A DNA stretch of 64,000 bases from Candidatus Sericytochromatia bacterium (GTDB taxonomy: Bacteria > Cyanobacteriota > Sericytochromatia > S15B-MN24 > UBA4093), in contig JAKFBU010000006.1 in assembly GCA_036676985.1 (NCBI GenBank), forward strand, positions 15,067 through 79,066, written 5' to 3'. The translations under genes were made by a program, and so were the position numbers. The notes under the pieces are model-generated. The model did no database searches and was not told where the DNA came from. It was given only the letters and a program-made list of their open reading frames with translations. Position 1 is the stretch's first letter. Every line of letters starts with the position of its first letter. Positions 28,632 through 37,002 of the stretch are shown here, piece by piece.

Positions 28632-29743
28632 ACGCCCGTGGCACCTCGCATGGCGAGCCCGATCGCCGCGGCCAGGGTGGGCGCCTGGGGATACAGCAGC
28701 TCGGGGTCGAAGGCCCCCTCGTCGATCTCGATCTTGGCGAACGGATTGACGAGCTGGACCTGGAGGCCGAGCCGCGTGGTCAAGAAGCGGTCCAGGTTCC
28801 TGAGGTTGCCGCCGCGGCCGCTGATGAGCACGTGCGTGATGGGCTCGGTCCCCTGGGACAGGTAGAAGTCCAACGAGCGGCCGATCTCACCGGTCAGCTC
28901 GGCCAAGGCCGGGCGGATGATCTCGGTGGCCTGCTCGATCTGGGGCGAGACGGGGTCGTAGCTCTGGGGATCCACGTCGATCTCGTCGAGGACCGAGCGG
29001 GCGGTCTCCTCGTCGAGGCCCAGCGAGTTGATGATGGAGTCCAGGAAGTACGAGTAGCCGATGGGGATCGAGCGGGTGAAGCGGGGCACGCCGTTCACCA
29101 GGATGTTGATGTCGGTGGTCCAGCCCTGGATGTGCACCAGCGCCACGCTCTGCTCGTCGGCGAGCTGCTCGGTGTCGGCGATGGCGCGCATGACCGCAAA
29201 GGAGGCCACGTCCACGCACGTCAGGTCCAGGCCCGCCTCGGCGGTGGCCTGCTGGAAGGAGTTGACCAGGTTCTTCTGGGCGGCCACCAGGATGACCTCC
29301 TGCTTGGCCACGCCGTCCTCCTCGACCTCGTTGATCACCTGGAAGGAGAGGTTGACGTCCTCGATGGCGAACGGGATGTAGCGCTCGGCCTCGAACTCGA
29401 TGACCTCGCGCAGCTCGTTCTCGGGCATCATCGGGAAGCGCACCGGGCGCACGATGGTGCTCTGCCCGGCCACGGCCGTCACGGCACTCTTGGCCTGGAT
29501 GCCGTTCTCCTCGAGCAGTTCGGCGATCACCTCGGCGACGGCCGAGGGGTCCATGATCTCGCCGTCCTGGACGGCGTTGAGGGGGGTGCTCGCCACGGCG
29601 ATGTTCTCGAGCTGGAGCTGGTTGCGGTGCTTCTTGAGCTCGACCACGACGATCGTGTCGGACGTGATGTCCAACCCGATGCGCGAGCCCTTCTTCAGGC
29701 CGCCCGTCAAGCTCTCGATGAGGCTCTTGAAGTCCATGGCCAT
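28628..29743 (-). CDS. pilM: Type IV pilus assembly protein PilM
   Basis: Actin-like fold motifs IGLDI, EAERYIPF, RSLDFY and AAAIGLAMRG. Confidence 0.93.
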   Translation of the reverse strand: MAMDFKSLIESLTGGLKKGSRIGLDITSDTIVVVELKKHRNQLQLENIAVASTPLNAVQDGEIMDPSAVAEVIAELLEENGIQAKSAVTAVAGQSTIVRPVRFPMMPENELREVIEFEAERYIPFAIEDVNLSFQVINEVEEDGVAKQEVILVAAQKNLVNSFQQATAEAGLDLTCVDVASFAVMRAIADTEQLADEQSVALVHIQGWTTDINILVNGVPRFTRSIPIGYSYFLDSIINSLGLDEETARSVLDEIDVDPQSYDPVSPQIEQATEIIRPALAELTGEIGRSLDFYLSQGTEPITHVLISGRGGNLRNLDRFLTTRLGLQVQLVNPFAKIEIDEGAFDPELLYPQAPTLAAAIGLAMRGATGV

Positions 29744-29749
29744 CTCCCG

Positions 29750-30541
29750 CTAACCCAAGATCAACCCGACGTACCAGTTCCACAGCGCCGTGCCGGTGAA
29801 CAGGCTCGCGAGCGTTCCCACCACGAGGCTGGGACCGAACGGAAAGGGCTGGCTCTCCCCCTTGGCGCGGGCCTTGAGGGCAAGCCCCACCACCGATCCC
29901 GTGGTGAAGGCGATCATGAGGGCCACGGCGAGCCCCGAGGGCCCGAGCCATGCGCCCATCAGGGCGGCGAGCTTGGCGTCCCCGCGGCCCATGCCGGGCA
30001 CGCCCAGGGCCAACTCGCTCGCCCACTCGATGAAGCGGAAGAAGGCGTAGCCGCCCACCGCGGCGGCGACGTGCGGCAGCCAGGCGCCGGCGATGAGCCA
30101 CCCGAAGACGAGCCCGAGGGCGATGCCCGGCCAGGTCATCACGTCCAGGATGAGCATGGTGTCGATGTCGATCCAGAAGATGGCGACCAGGGCCGAGACC
30201 AGGAGCGCCTCGGCGAAGAAGCGCGGCGTGGGGCCCTCGCGCAGCATGAGGCCCAGCCACAGGAGGCCCGTCGTGAGCTCGACGACCGGGTAGCGCCAGG
30301 AGATGGGCTCCTGGCACGTGCGGCACTTGCCCCTGAGGGCCAGCCAGCTCAGGATGGGCAGGTTCTCGTACCAGTGGAGGGCCGTGGAGCAGTGCGGGCA
30401 GCGGGATCCCGGCCAGACGATCGACTCTTCACGGGGCAACCGGTAGATCACCACGTTGAGGAAGCTTCCGATCAAACACCCAAACACCAAGGCGACGCTC
30501 GCGAGGAACGCCGCTGGCAGCTGAGTTTCAACCATCGTCAT
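29750..30541 (-). CDS. pilD: Prepilin peptidase/N-methyltransferase
   Basis: GSFLNVVIYRLP, SRCPHC, GKCRTC, MGRGDAKL and PFGP motifs. Confidence 0.95.
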   Translation of the reverse strand: MTMVETQLPAAFLASVALVFGCLIGSFLNVVIYRLPREESIVWPGSRCPHCSTALHWYENLPILSWLALRGKCRTCQEPISWRYPVVELTTGLLWLGLMLREGPTPRFFAEALLVSALVAIFWIDIDTMLILDVMTWPGIALGLVFGWLIAGAWLPHVAAAVGGYAFFRFIEWASELALGVPGMGRGDAKLAALMGAWLGPSGLAVALMIAFTTGSVVGLALKARAKGESQPFPFGPSLVVGTLASLFTGTALWNWYVGLILG

Positions 30542-30579
30542 CTAGGTGCGCTTCCTTTGGTCGGCCCCAGAGGGGTCAA

Positions 30580-30605
30580 ACACCCCCTGTGGGGCGTCCT
30601 GAAAC
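30580..30605 (-). promoter_or_regulatory. Possible SigB/SigF-type promoter of pilD-pilMNOPQ
   Basis: GTTT-N16-GGGTGT on the minus strand. Confidence 0.35.
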
Positions 30606-30700
30606 GATTCTACCCACTCGCATGGTGAACCTATCACCCGAGGGTTGGACCATCATAGGCCCACCGCAGGCGGTCAAGCGGTGAGCGGCGCACATTTATG

Positions 30701-31360
30701 TCATTCCTGGATGGTGATCCCCAGGTCCTTGAGGGCGCGCCGGGCCATGCCCCGCACCCGGAGGTCGCCCTGCTCGTAGATCCGCTGCCAGGTGGCGATG
30801 GCCAGATCCTGCTTGTTGCCGCGAGCGTAGAGGCTCGCGGCCATGCGGCTGGCGCCGGGCGGGCAGTCGGGCAGGGCGGCGGCGGCCTCGAAGTGCTTGG
30901 CCGCGGCCAGGTAATCCTTGGCGTAGAGGAACTCGATGAAGCCGAGCTGGTAGGGGTACAGCCAGTTCCCGGGGTGGCGCTCCCAGCCCTTCTCCACCAG
31001 GCGGATCGCCTCGGGGATCCGTCGGGCGTCGGCGAGCATCCACGATCCGAATGTCGAAAGCTCGTGGAAGCGCGGATCGAAGTCGCTCGCGAGATCCAGG
31101 GCCTCGTAGAGCCCCCGGAAGTCCTGGGCCTCCGTGCTGTCGGTCGCGATCTGCTCGCCGTTGTGCACCAGGCTCTGGATCCAGAGCATGTCGGCGGCGA
31201 GGTTCTCGAAGTCCGTGACGAGCAGCTTCGCGGCTACCGGGTGAGGGACCACCAGCCGGGTGGGGTGGGCGGCCTGCAGGGTCGCGAGCTGGCCCAGGCA
31301 GAGGGCCTGGAGGCCCCAGAAGACCCCCGCGATCGCGAGCGCCAGGAGGATCTTGCGCAT
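30701..31360 (-). CDS. TPR-containing pilus-associated protein (PilG/XapA-like)
   Basis: ADMLWI, DFDPRF and WLYPYQLGF motifs; directly downstream of the ABC permease in the pilin locus. Confidence 0.65.
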   Translation of the reverse strand: MRKILLALAIAGVFWGLQALCLGQLATLQAAHPTRLVVPHPVAAKLLVTDFENLAADMLWIQSLVHNGEQIATDSTEAQDFRGLYEALDLASDFDPRFHELSTFGSWMLADARRIPEAIRLVEKGWERHPGNWLYPYQLGFIEFLYAKDYLAAAKHFEAAAALPDCPPGASRMAASLYARGNKQDLAIATWQRIYEQGDLRVRGMARRALKDLGITIQE

Positions 31361-31364
31361 GGCG

Positions 31365-32123
31365 CTAGAACTCCCGCCGCTCGAAGATGGCGGCGGCCGT
31401 CGCCAAGAGGGCGAACGTGTAGGCCAGTCCGTAGGCGATCGCCCAGATCCACTTGAGGGCGGGGATCGCCTCGCCGTAGACCACCTGGTTCTTGGCGTCG
31501 AAGGTGCTGAGGTTCGGCAGCAGGTAGTAGAGCGTCTCCACCACGCCCTTGACCGCGGGGCTCGCCTTGGCGCCCAGTGCCCTCAGGGCCTCGGTGTTGT
31601 GCCCGATGAGGTAGAGGCTGAAGGTGAGGACCATGCCGAGGATCGGCGAGGTGAAGCTCGAGAAGAAGACCGTGAGGGCCACCACGACCATGAGCTGGAG
31701 CCCGATGAGGCCGATGGCGCCGATGAGCGCCGGGGAGAAGCCGCCCTTGAGGGCCGCGAGGCCCAGGTAGCCCGCCCCCATGAGGGCCAGGAGGATCCAG
31801 AGCGTGAGGCCGAGGCCGAGGAACTTGCCCAGGAGGAAGACGGGGCGCGGCACGGGCTTGGTGAGCACCACGTAGACCGTGCGCTTGTCGACCTCCTTGT
31901 AGATCATGCTGGTGCCGACAAAGACGGCGATCGCCACCCCGAAGAGCTCGATGGCGCCCAGCCCCAGGTCGAGCACGATCTTCTGGTCCTGCCCGATGGT
32001 GAGCGTCCCGAACAGCAGGCTCGAGGCGATCATGACCAGGGCGAAGACCAAGAGGACGTAGAGGATGCGATCGCGGATGGTCTCGCGGAAGGTGTTGTGG
32101 GCGAGGTCCCAGAGGCGCGTCAT
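31365..32123 (-). CDS. ABC transporter permease (PilI/XapB-like)
   Basis: NTFRETIRDRILY, KEVDKRTVYVVLTKPV, FLLGKFLG and FERREF. Confidence 0.88.
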   Translation of the reverse strand: MTRLWDLAHNTFRETIRDRILYVLLVFALVMIASSLLFGTLTIGQDQKIVLDLGLGAIELFGVAIAVFVGTSMIYKEVDKRTVYVVLTKPVPRPVFLLGKFLGLGLTLWILLALMGAGYLGLAALKGGFSPALIGAIGLIGLQLMVVVALTVFFSSFTSPILGMVLTFSLYLIGHNTEALRALGAKASPAVKGVVETLYYLLPNLSTFDAKNQVVYGEAIPALKWIWAIAYGLAYTFALLATAAAIFERREF

Positions 32124-32860
32124 GCGTGCGCGCCTCCGACCAGCCGGATGAAGGCCTCTTCCAGGCTGCCCGTGCCCGCGACGTCCTGGATCCGGCCCGC
32201 GCCCACGAGCTTGCCCTGGGCCAGGATGCCGACGCGATCGCACAGGAGCTCCACGTCCGAGAGGATGTGGGTGTTGAAGAAGATGGTCTTGCCCTCGCGC
32301 TTGAGGTCCAGGATGAGCTCGCGCAGCTGGTGGCGGCCCACGGGATCCAGGCCGCTCATGGGCTCGTCCAGAAAGACGATCTCGGGATCGTTGACGAGCG
32401 CCTGGGCCACGCCGACCCGCTGCAGCATGCCCTTGGAGTACTTGCGCAGCTGGGTGTTGGCGGCATGGCTCATGCCGACGCGTTCCAGGTTCTTGGCGAC
32501 GCGCTCCTGCAGCTCCTTGCCGCCGAGCCCGAAGAGGCCCCCGCAGAACTCGAGGAACTCCTTGCCCGTCAGGTAGGTGTAGAAGTAGGGGTTTTCCGGC
32601 AGGTAGCCGATCCGGGCGCGGGTCTTGGTGTCGTCCGGCGTGGAGCCGAGGACGAGTGCGGTGCCGGAGGTGGGACGGATGAGGCCGAGCAAGATTTTCT
32701 GAAGCGTGGTCTTGCCCGCGCCGTTGGGGCCCAGGAGGCCAAACGTCTCACCCTCCGAGACCTGGAGGGTCGCCCCTTCGAGGGCCACCTTGGCAGGCTG
32801 ACCGACTTGCGGGGGGTAGACCTTGCCGAGGTTCTGGATGTCGACGACGATCCGGCTCAT
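32120..32860 (-). CDS. ABC transporter ATP-binding protein (PilH/XapD-like)
   Basis: Walker A GPNGAGKTT, YLPENPYFY, YSKGMLQR and LDEPMSGLDP. Confidence 0.93.
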   Translation of the reverse strand: MSRIVVDIQNLGKVYPPQVGQPAKVALEGATLQVSEGETFGLLGPNGAGKTTLQKILLGLIRPTSGTALVLGSTPDDTKTRARIGYLPENPYFYTYLTGKEFLEFCGGLFGLGGKELQERVAKNLERVGMSHAANTQLRKYSKGMLQRVGVAQALVNDPEIVFLDEPMSGLDPVGRHQLRELILDLKREGKTIFFNTHILSDVELLCDRVGILAQGKLVGAGRIQDVAGTGSLEEAFIRLVGGAHA

Positions 32861-32901
32861 GGTGATCTCCTTGGGGATGGGCGGTGATTCCAGCCCGTTG
32901 T

Positions 32902-32926
32902 ATACCCCCGTGGAGCCGCCCGTAAC
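32902..32926 (-). promoter_or_regulatory. SigB/SigF-type promoter of ABC module
   Basis: GTTA-N15-GGGTAT on the minus strand. Confidence 0.45.
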
Positions 32927-33006
32927 GTGGGCGCAGCCTTAGAGCACCTGCCCGAGCCGGGCATGTGCGGGCGTCGGCCGCGCGCGGGCGGCTGCTGGGT
33001 GGCGCG

Positions 33007-33552
33007 CTAGTGGTTCTTGACGTAGATGACCGTGACGGCGTTGTCGCCCCGCTTCCCGGTGCCCATCAGCTCGTAGAGCTCGTTGGCCGTGGAAGTGGTC
33101 GGCTGCCGGTAGCTGATGGCCCCGAAGTGGTCCACGGCCGTCGGGGTGACCATCTGGCCGGCCGCCAGCGCGACGGCGCCGGTGAGCGGGTTGCGGTTCT
33201 GCTGCGGGGCGGCGTTGGCGTCGGGGATGGCGATGTTCGCCGTCACGGCCTGCGTCACGGCCGTCCCCCACGGCGAGGTCGGATAGAAGGGCTGGTACAG
33301 GGACCCGTTCGCGACGACCGCCGGGTTGAGGCCCGCCGCGGTGGTCGGGTACCGTCCCGCCTGGTCGATGGAATAGCGCTCGAGCGCAACCTGCACGACG
33401 TGGACGTTGGCCTGGACCGCCGAGTTGCGGGCCTTGTCTCTTGCGCCTGCGAAGTTGGGGATGGCGATGGCGGCCAGGATCCCCATCACGACGACCACGA
33501 CCAGCAACTCGATGAGGGTGAAGCCTTGTTCACCGACGTTCCGTTTGGTCAT
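33007..33552 (-). CDS. Type IV pilin (paralog 1, most divergent)
   Basis: Class III signal QG|FTLIELLVVVVVMGILAAIAIP. Confidence 0.92.
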   Translation of the reverse strand: MTKRNVGEQGFTLIELLVVVVVMGILAAIAIPNFAGARDKARNSAVQANVHVVQVALERYSIDQAGRYPTTAAGLNPAVVANGSLYQPFYPTSPWGTAVTQAVTANIAIPDANAAPQQNRNPLTGAVALAAGQMVTPTAVDHFGAISYRQPTTSTANELYELMGTGKRGDNAVTVIYVKNH

Positions 33553-33565
33553 GCCTGCTCTTCCT

Positions 33566-33603
33566 AAAAAAGGCGCCGCAGGGAGGGAGGCCCCCCCTGC
33601 GGC
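33566..33603 (-). terminator. Intrinsic terminator between pilin 2 and pilin 1
   Basis: GCCGCAGGG...CCCTGCGGC hairpin followed by a T6 run on the minus strand. Confidence 0.6.
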
Positions 33604-33615
33604 TGGGTGCCTGAA

Positions 33616-34155
33616 TTAGTAGTTCTTGACGTAGATGACCTTGACGGCGTTGTTGCCCTGCTTGCCGGTGCCCATGAGCTCGTACTTCTCGTTGGCGTTG
33701 CCGCTGCGGCGGTAGCTGATGGCGCCGAAGTCGGTGATGGCCGCGCAGGCGGTACCCGAGCCGGCGGCGAGGGTGGCATCGCCGTCCGCGGGGTCGAGGT
33801 TGCCCGTGCCGCCGAGCTCGGCATCGGTCGCGGCAGCCGGAATGGCGATGTCGGCCGCGATGCCCTGCTGGGTGTTCCAGGGGGTGCGGGGGTAGGCGGC
33901 GAGGTAGGACGTGTTGCCGACGACGGCCGCAGCGCCCGACATGGCGGCGGGGAAGACGCTGGCGTTGTCGACCGCGTACTGCTCGACGGCCATCTGGACG
34001 TTGTGGGCGTTCGACTGGACGCCCGAGTTCTTCGCCTTGTCCTGGGCGCCCATGAAGTTGGGGACGGCGACCGAGGCCAGGATGCCGATGATGACGACGA
34101 CTACCAGCAGCTCGATGAGCGTGAAGCCGTCCTGCTTGGAAGGTTTGCGGATCAT
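33616..34155 (-). CDS. pilA: Type IV pilin (paralog 2)
   Basis: DG|FTLIELLVVVVIIGILASVAVP; has its own promoter and terminator. Confidence 0.9.
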   Translation of the reverse strand: MIRKPSKQDGFTLIELLVVVVIIGILASVAVPNFMGAQDKAKNSGVQSNAHNVQMAVEQYAVDNASVFPAAMSGAAAVVGNTSYLAAYPRTPWNTQQGIAADIAIPAAATDAELGGTGNLDPADGDATLAAGSGTACAAITDFGAISYRRSGNANEKYELMGTGKQGNNAVKVIYVKNY

Positions 34156-34225
34156 AATGTCCTCCGATGGAAGGGAAGGGAGTGTGAGGAGCCGGGCCTC
34201 GAGGTCCCGGGCGACCTACCTATGC

Positions 34226-34251
34226 CTTCCCGCTTGCTAGTCGGTTTAAAC
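34226..34251 (-). promoter_or_regulatory. SigB/SigF-type promoter of pilin 2
   Basis: GTTTAAAccgactagCAAGCGGGAAG; same layout as upstream of pilin 3. Confidence 0.6.
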
Positions 34252-34483
34252 GGTGCGCGGAAAAAATTTTTTCCCCGGCGCCCCCGGCCGGTCATCGGGC
34301 CCCGGAAAAGCGGGTCCTGGGGGGCTTTCGGTCGGATCCTAATCGTTTGCCAATCTTTCCTTAAAAAAGATCGATCGGGTGGTTCAGATTTCGTTACTTG
34401 CTTGCTATAATGGAGATCGGTAGCCCGTTCTGGGAGCCGCCTTGACAACCTACCCGCCCCGATCCCGAAAGGAAGGCCTTGCA

Positions 34484-34714
34484 ATGACGCATGTTTCCTC
34501 CCTGAGCGTCCACGGCGTGACGTTCGATCCCGTTTGCGGGGCCACGCTCGATCTGAGCGAGGCCGTCGGTCCGGTCATCTACCATGGCCAGCGCTTCCAC
34601 TTTTGCTCCCACCGTTGCCAGACCCACTTCTTCGTGAACCCGCCCAAGGATCTGCAGCGCGAGCACCGGGTGAAGATCGCCATGATGCGCACCCCCGCCG
34701 TGGCCTTCGCCTAA
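34484..34714 (+). CDS. YHS-domain small protein
   Basis: DPVCG...YHGQRFHFCSHRC...F..NP, with upstream TGcTATAAT and a downstream terminator. Confidence 0.85.
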   Translation: MTHVSSLSVHGVTFDPVCGATLDLSEAVGPVIYHGQRFHFCSHRCQTHFFVNPPKDLQREHRVKIAMMRTPAVAFA

Positions 34715-34731
34715 GCCTTCGATCCCGTCGA

Positions 34732-34803
34732 CCGCGTCCCCTTTTGGGGGCGCGGTTTTTTCTTGCCATGCAAAAGGCCGGGGGACGGATTCGTCCCCCG
34801 GCC
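34732..34803. terminator. Back-to-back intrinsic terminators (YHS gene +, pilin 3 -)
   Basis: CCGCGTCCCC-TTTT-GGGGGCGCGG followed by a T run, and AAAA-GGCCGGGGGACG..CGTCCCCCGGCC. Confidence 0.7.
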
Positions 34804-34817
34804 GAGCCGATCGAGGC

Positions 34818-35351
34818 TTAGAAGTTCTTGACGTAGATGACCTTGACGGCGTTGTTGCCCTGCTTGCCGCTGCCCATGAGCTCGTACTTCTCGTTGGCGT
34901 TGCCGCTGCGGCGGAAGCTGATGGCGCCGAAGTGGAGCGGGGTGGTGGGAACCACACCGCTGCCGGCCGCGAGCGTGGTGGTGCCGTCGTTGGGGTTGCG
35001 GTTGCCGGTGCCGCTCAGCAGGGCCTCGGTGGCGGCCACCGGGATGGCGATTTCAGCCGCCTGCTGGGTATTCCAGGGGGTGCGGGGGTAGGCGGCGAGG
35101 TAGGACGTGTTGCCGACGACGGCCGCAGCGCCCGTGATGGCGGCGGGGAAGACGCTGGCGTTGTCGACCGCGTACTGCTCGATGGCCATCTGGACGTTGT
35201 GGGCGTTCGACTGGACGCCCGAGTTCTTCGCCTTGTCCTGGGCGCCCATGAAGTTGGGGACGGCGACCGAGGCCAGGATACCGATGATGACGACGACTAC
35301 CAGCAGCTCGATGAGGGTGAAGCCGGACTGAGTGGATGGTTTGCGGGACAT
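34818..35351 (-). CDS. pilA: Type IV pilin (paralog 3)
   Basis: SG|FTLIELLVVVVIIGILASVAVP; near-identical to paralog 2 outside a central segment. Confidence 0.9.
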   Translation of the reverse strand: MSRKPSTQSGFTLIELLVVVVIIGILASVAVPNFMGAQDKAKNSGVQSNAHNVQMAIEQYAVDNASVFPAAITGAAAVVGNTSYLAAYPRTPWNTQQAAEIAIPVAATEALLSGTGNRNPNDGTTTLAAGSGVVPTTPLHFGAISFRRSGNANEKYELMGSGKQGNNAVKVIYVKNF

Positions 35352-35420
35352 GGGGTCCTCCATGGAAACGGGTTGGGGATGACGATAGCCGTTTCGGCAA
35401 ATAGTTTGATCACCCACTAC

Positions 35421-35446
35421 CTTCCCGCTTGGCTGCCGCTTTAAAC
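35421..35446 (-). promoter_or_regulatory. SigB/SigF-type promoter of pilin 3
   Basis: GTTTAAAgcggcagcCAAGCGGGAAG. Confidence 0.6.
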
Positions 35447-35616
35447 ACGGGAGTAGTTCTCTCCGGTGCGCGGTCGGAATGCCGCTCCAGGCGACGATTG
35501 GGCACTGTCAGCGCATCCGCCGGGCCGGCTGTCCTGGCGCGCCCCGGTCCCGAGGGAGCACGGACGGGCCGTCGGGGGCTCGACTGACGAGCGTTTTTAG
35601 CGCGTGTTAAGAGGGT

Positions 35617-35642
35617 GTTTCGTCACAGCTTTTGCCGGGTAT
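35617..35642 (+). promoter_or_regulatory. SigB/SigF-type promoter of the flagellar-like cluster
   Basis: GTTT-N16-GGGTAT. Confidence 0.55.
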
Positions 35643-35701
35643 AGCATGCTAGCGTCGGTGGGCACATGCGCGACGCCGCTCGGGCGGCCAGGACGGGGAC
35701 G

Positions 35702-36796
35702 ATGTCCGGAGTCAACATTGGACGCCAAGTAGGGCAAGGCCCTGACATCCGCACTGGGGGCCAGGGTGGCTCTCAGGCGGCCTCGCGCGTCTCGGGCCCC
35801 ACGCTCGACCCCCTGCAGCAGGCCGCCCAGCAAAAGCCGGCGGGCCCCACCTACTTCGGCTATCACAACGACTCGTCGATCGCCGCTCGGCTGGCACAGC
35901 AGGGCATCGCTCCCAATGCCGTGAACCTGCGCGTCGCCCAGCAGATGCTGCGCTACGGCATCCCGCTCAGCGCGGACGCCCTCAACCAGTTCCGCCAGCT
36001 GTGGCAGGGCATGGGCTCGGCCTCCATGGTGGAGCTGGAGGCGCTCCTGGCCCTCTTCGCCCAGGGCGTGGAGCTCGCCCCCAAGAACCTCCAGGCCATG
36101 ACCCAGATGCTCTCGGGCGGCCCCATGAGCCACCTGATGGCGCAGCTTACCATGTCCTTGAAGAACCAGGCCGTCGGCGGGGCCCAGGTCCAGGAGCTCA
36201 AGACCCTCCTGAACGGCTTCTGGAAGCTCGGCAGCGGCCCGGAGCAGCTGGGCGCGGAGCTCGGGCAGTTCCAGCAGCTGTTCAAGAAGCTCGATCGTAC
36301 GCTCACTGCCCTGGATCCCCAGCGCACGCCGCCCGAGTTGATGAGCGACCTCGCGCAGCTCAAGGACCTCTTGCACGCCCAGCAGATGCTGGTCCGCAAC
36401 CCCAACACCTCGGTCTACGTGCCCTTCTACCAGTGGCGAGATCAGCAGCCCATGCCGGGCGAATTGCTGGTCGAGACCGACGACAACCCGAGCTTCCAGG
36501 CGGCGGGCTTCGCGCAGGTGACGCTCGCGGTGGATACCCGCAACCTCGGCCGCATGACCATCGACTTCACCACCGTCCGGGGCCACCTCTCGGTCAAGCT
36601 GGAGGTCCAGGACCAGGCCACCAAGCAGTTCCTCGAGCGGGGGCTGCCCGACCTGCGCCACCGGCTCACCTTCCGCACGCCCTACCAGGTGGCGACCATC
36701 CAGTGCTCGGAGACGGGGCAGACCCGGGCCATCAGCGTCCTCTTGCCGCGCCGGCGGGACCTCCGCAAGCTCGGCCGCGCCATCGGGGTGATCTAG
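35702..36796 (+). CDS. FliK-like (hook-length control C-terminal domain) protein
   Basis: C-terminal VTLAVDTRNLGRMTIDF..LSVKLEV..FLERGLPDLRHRL resembles the FliK T3S4 domain; followed by an FlhB-C-like gene. Confidence 0.65.
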   Translation: MSGVNIGRQVGQGPDIRTGGQGGSQAASRVSGPTLDPLQQAAQQKPAGPTYFGYHNDSSIAARLAQQGIAPNAVNLRVAQQMLRYGIPLSADALNQFRQLWQGMGSASMVELEALLALFAQGVELAPKNLQAMTQMLSGGPMSHLMAQLTMSLKNQAVGGAQVQELKTLLNGFWKLGSGPEQLGAELGQFQQLFKKLDRTLTALDPQRTPPELMSDLAQLKDLLHAQQMLVRNPNTSVYVPFYQWRDQQPMPGELLVETDDNPSFQAAGFAQVTLAVDTRNLGRMTIDFTTVRGHLSVKLEVQDQATKQFLERGLPDLRHRLTFRTPYQVATIQCSETGQTRAISVLLPRRRDLRKLGRAIGVI

Positions 36797-37000
36797 ATGC
36801 CCGAGCCCAAGAAACTCATGTCCCGGGCCCTCACCAAGCCGGGTCAGCCCACCCACCCGGCCGTGGCCGAGATCCTGGAGGGCCTCGCGGTCCAGAATGC
36901 CGTCCCCGCCGAGCTGATGCCGGCCATCGCCGAGATGCTGACGTACATCTATCAGATGGATGACGTCGCCGAGAAGCGCAAGCAGATCCAGAGGAGGTAA
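36797..37000 (+). CDS. Truncated FlhB C-terminal-like (FlhX/YlqH) protein
   Basis: VPAELMPAIAEMLTYIYQMD matches IPxELYxAVAExLxxVY; the N-terminal AVALxY/PxVxAKG part is absent. Confidence 0.6.
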   Translation: MPEPKKLMSRALTKPGQPTHPAVAEILEGLAVQNAVPAELMPAIAEMLTYIYQMDDVAEKRKQIQRR

Positions 37001-37002
37001 GC

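Noticed and set aside
33616-35351. Pilin pair as a DGR TR/VR or invertible shufflon
   Set aside because: Differences are not adenine-specific, the copies are direct rather than inverted, and no reverse transcriptase or recombinase is nearby.
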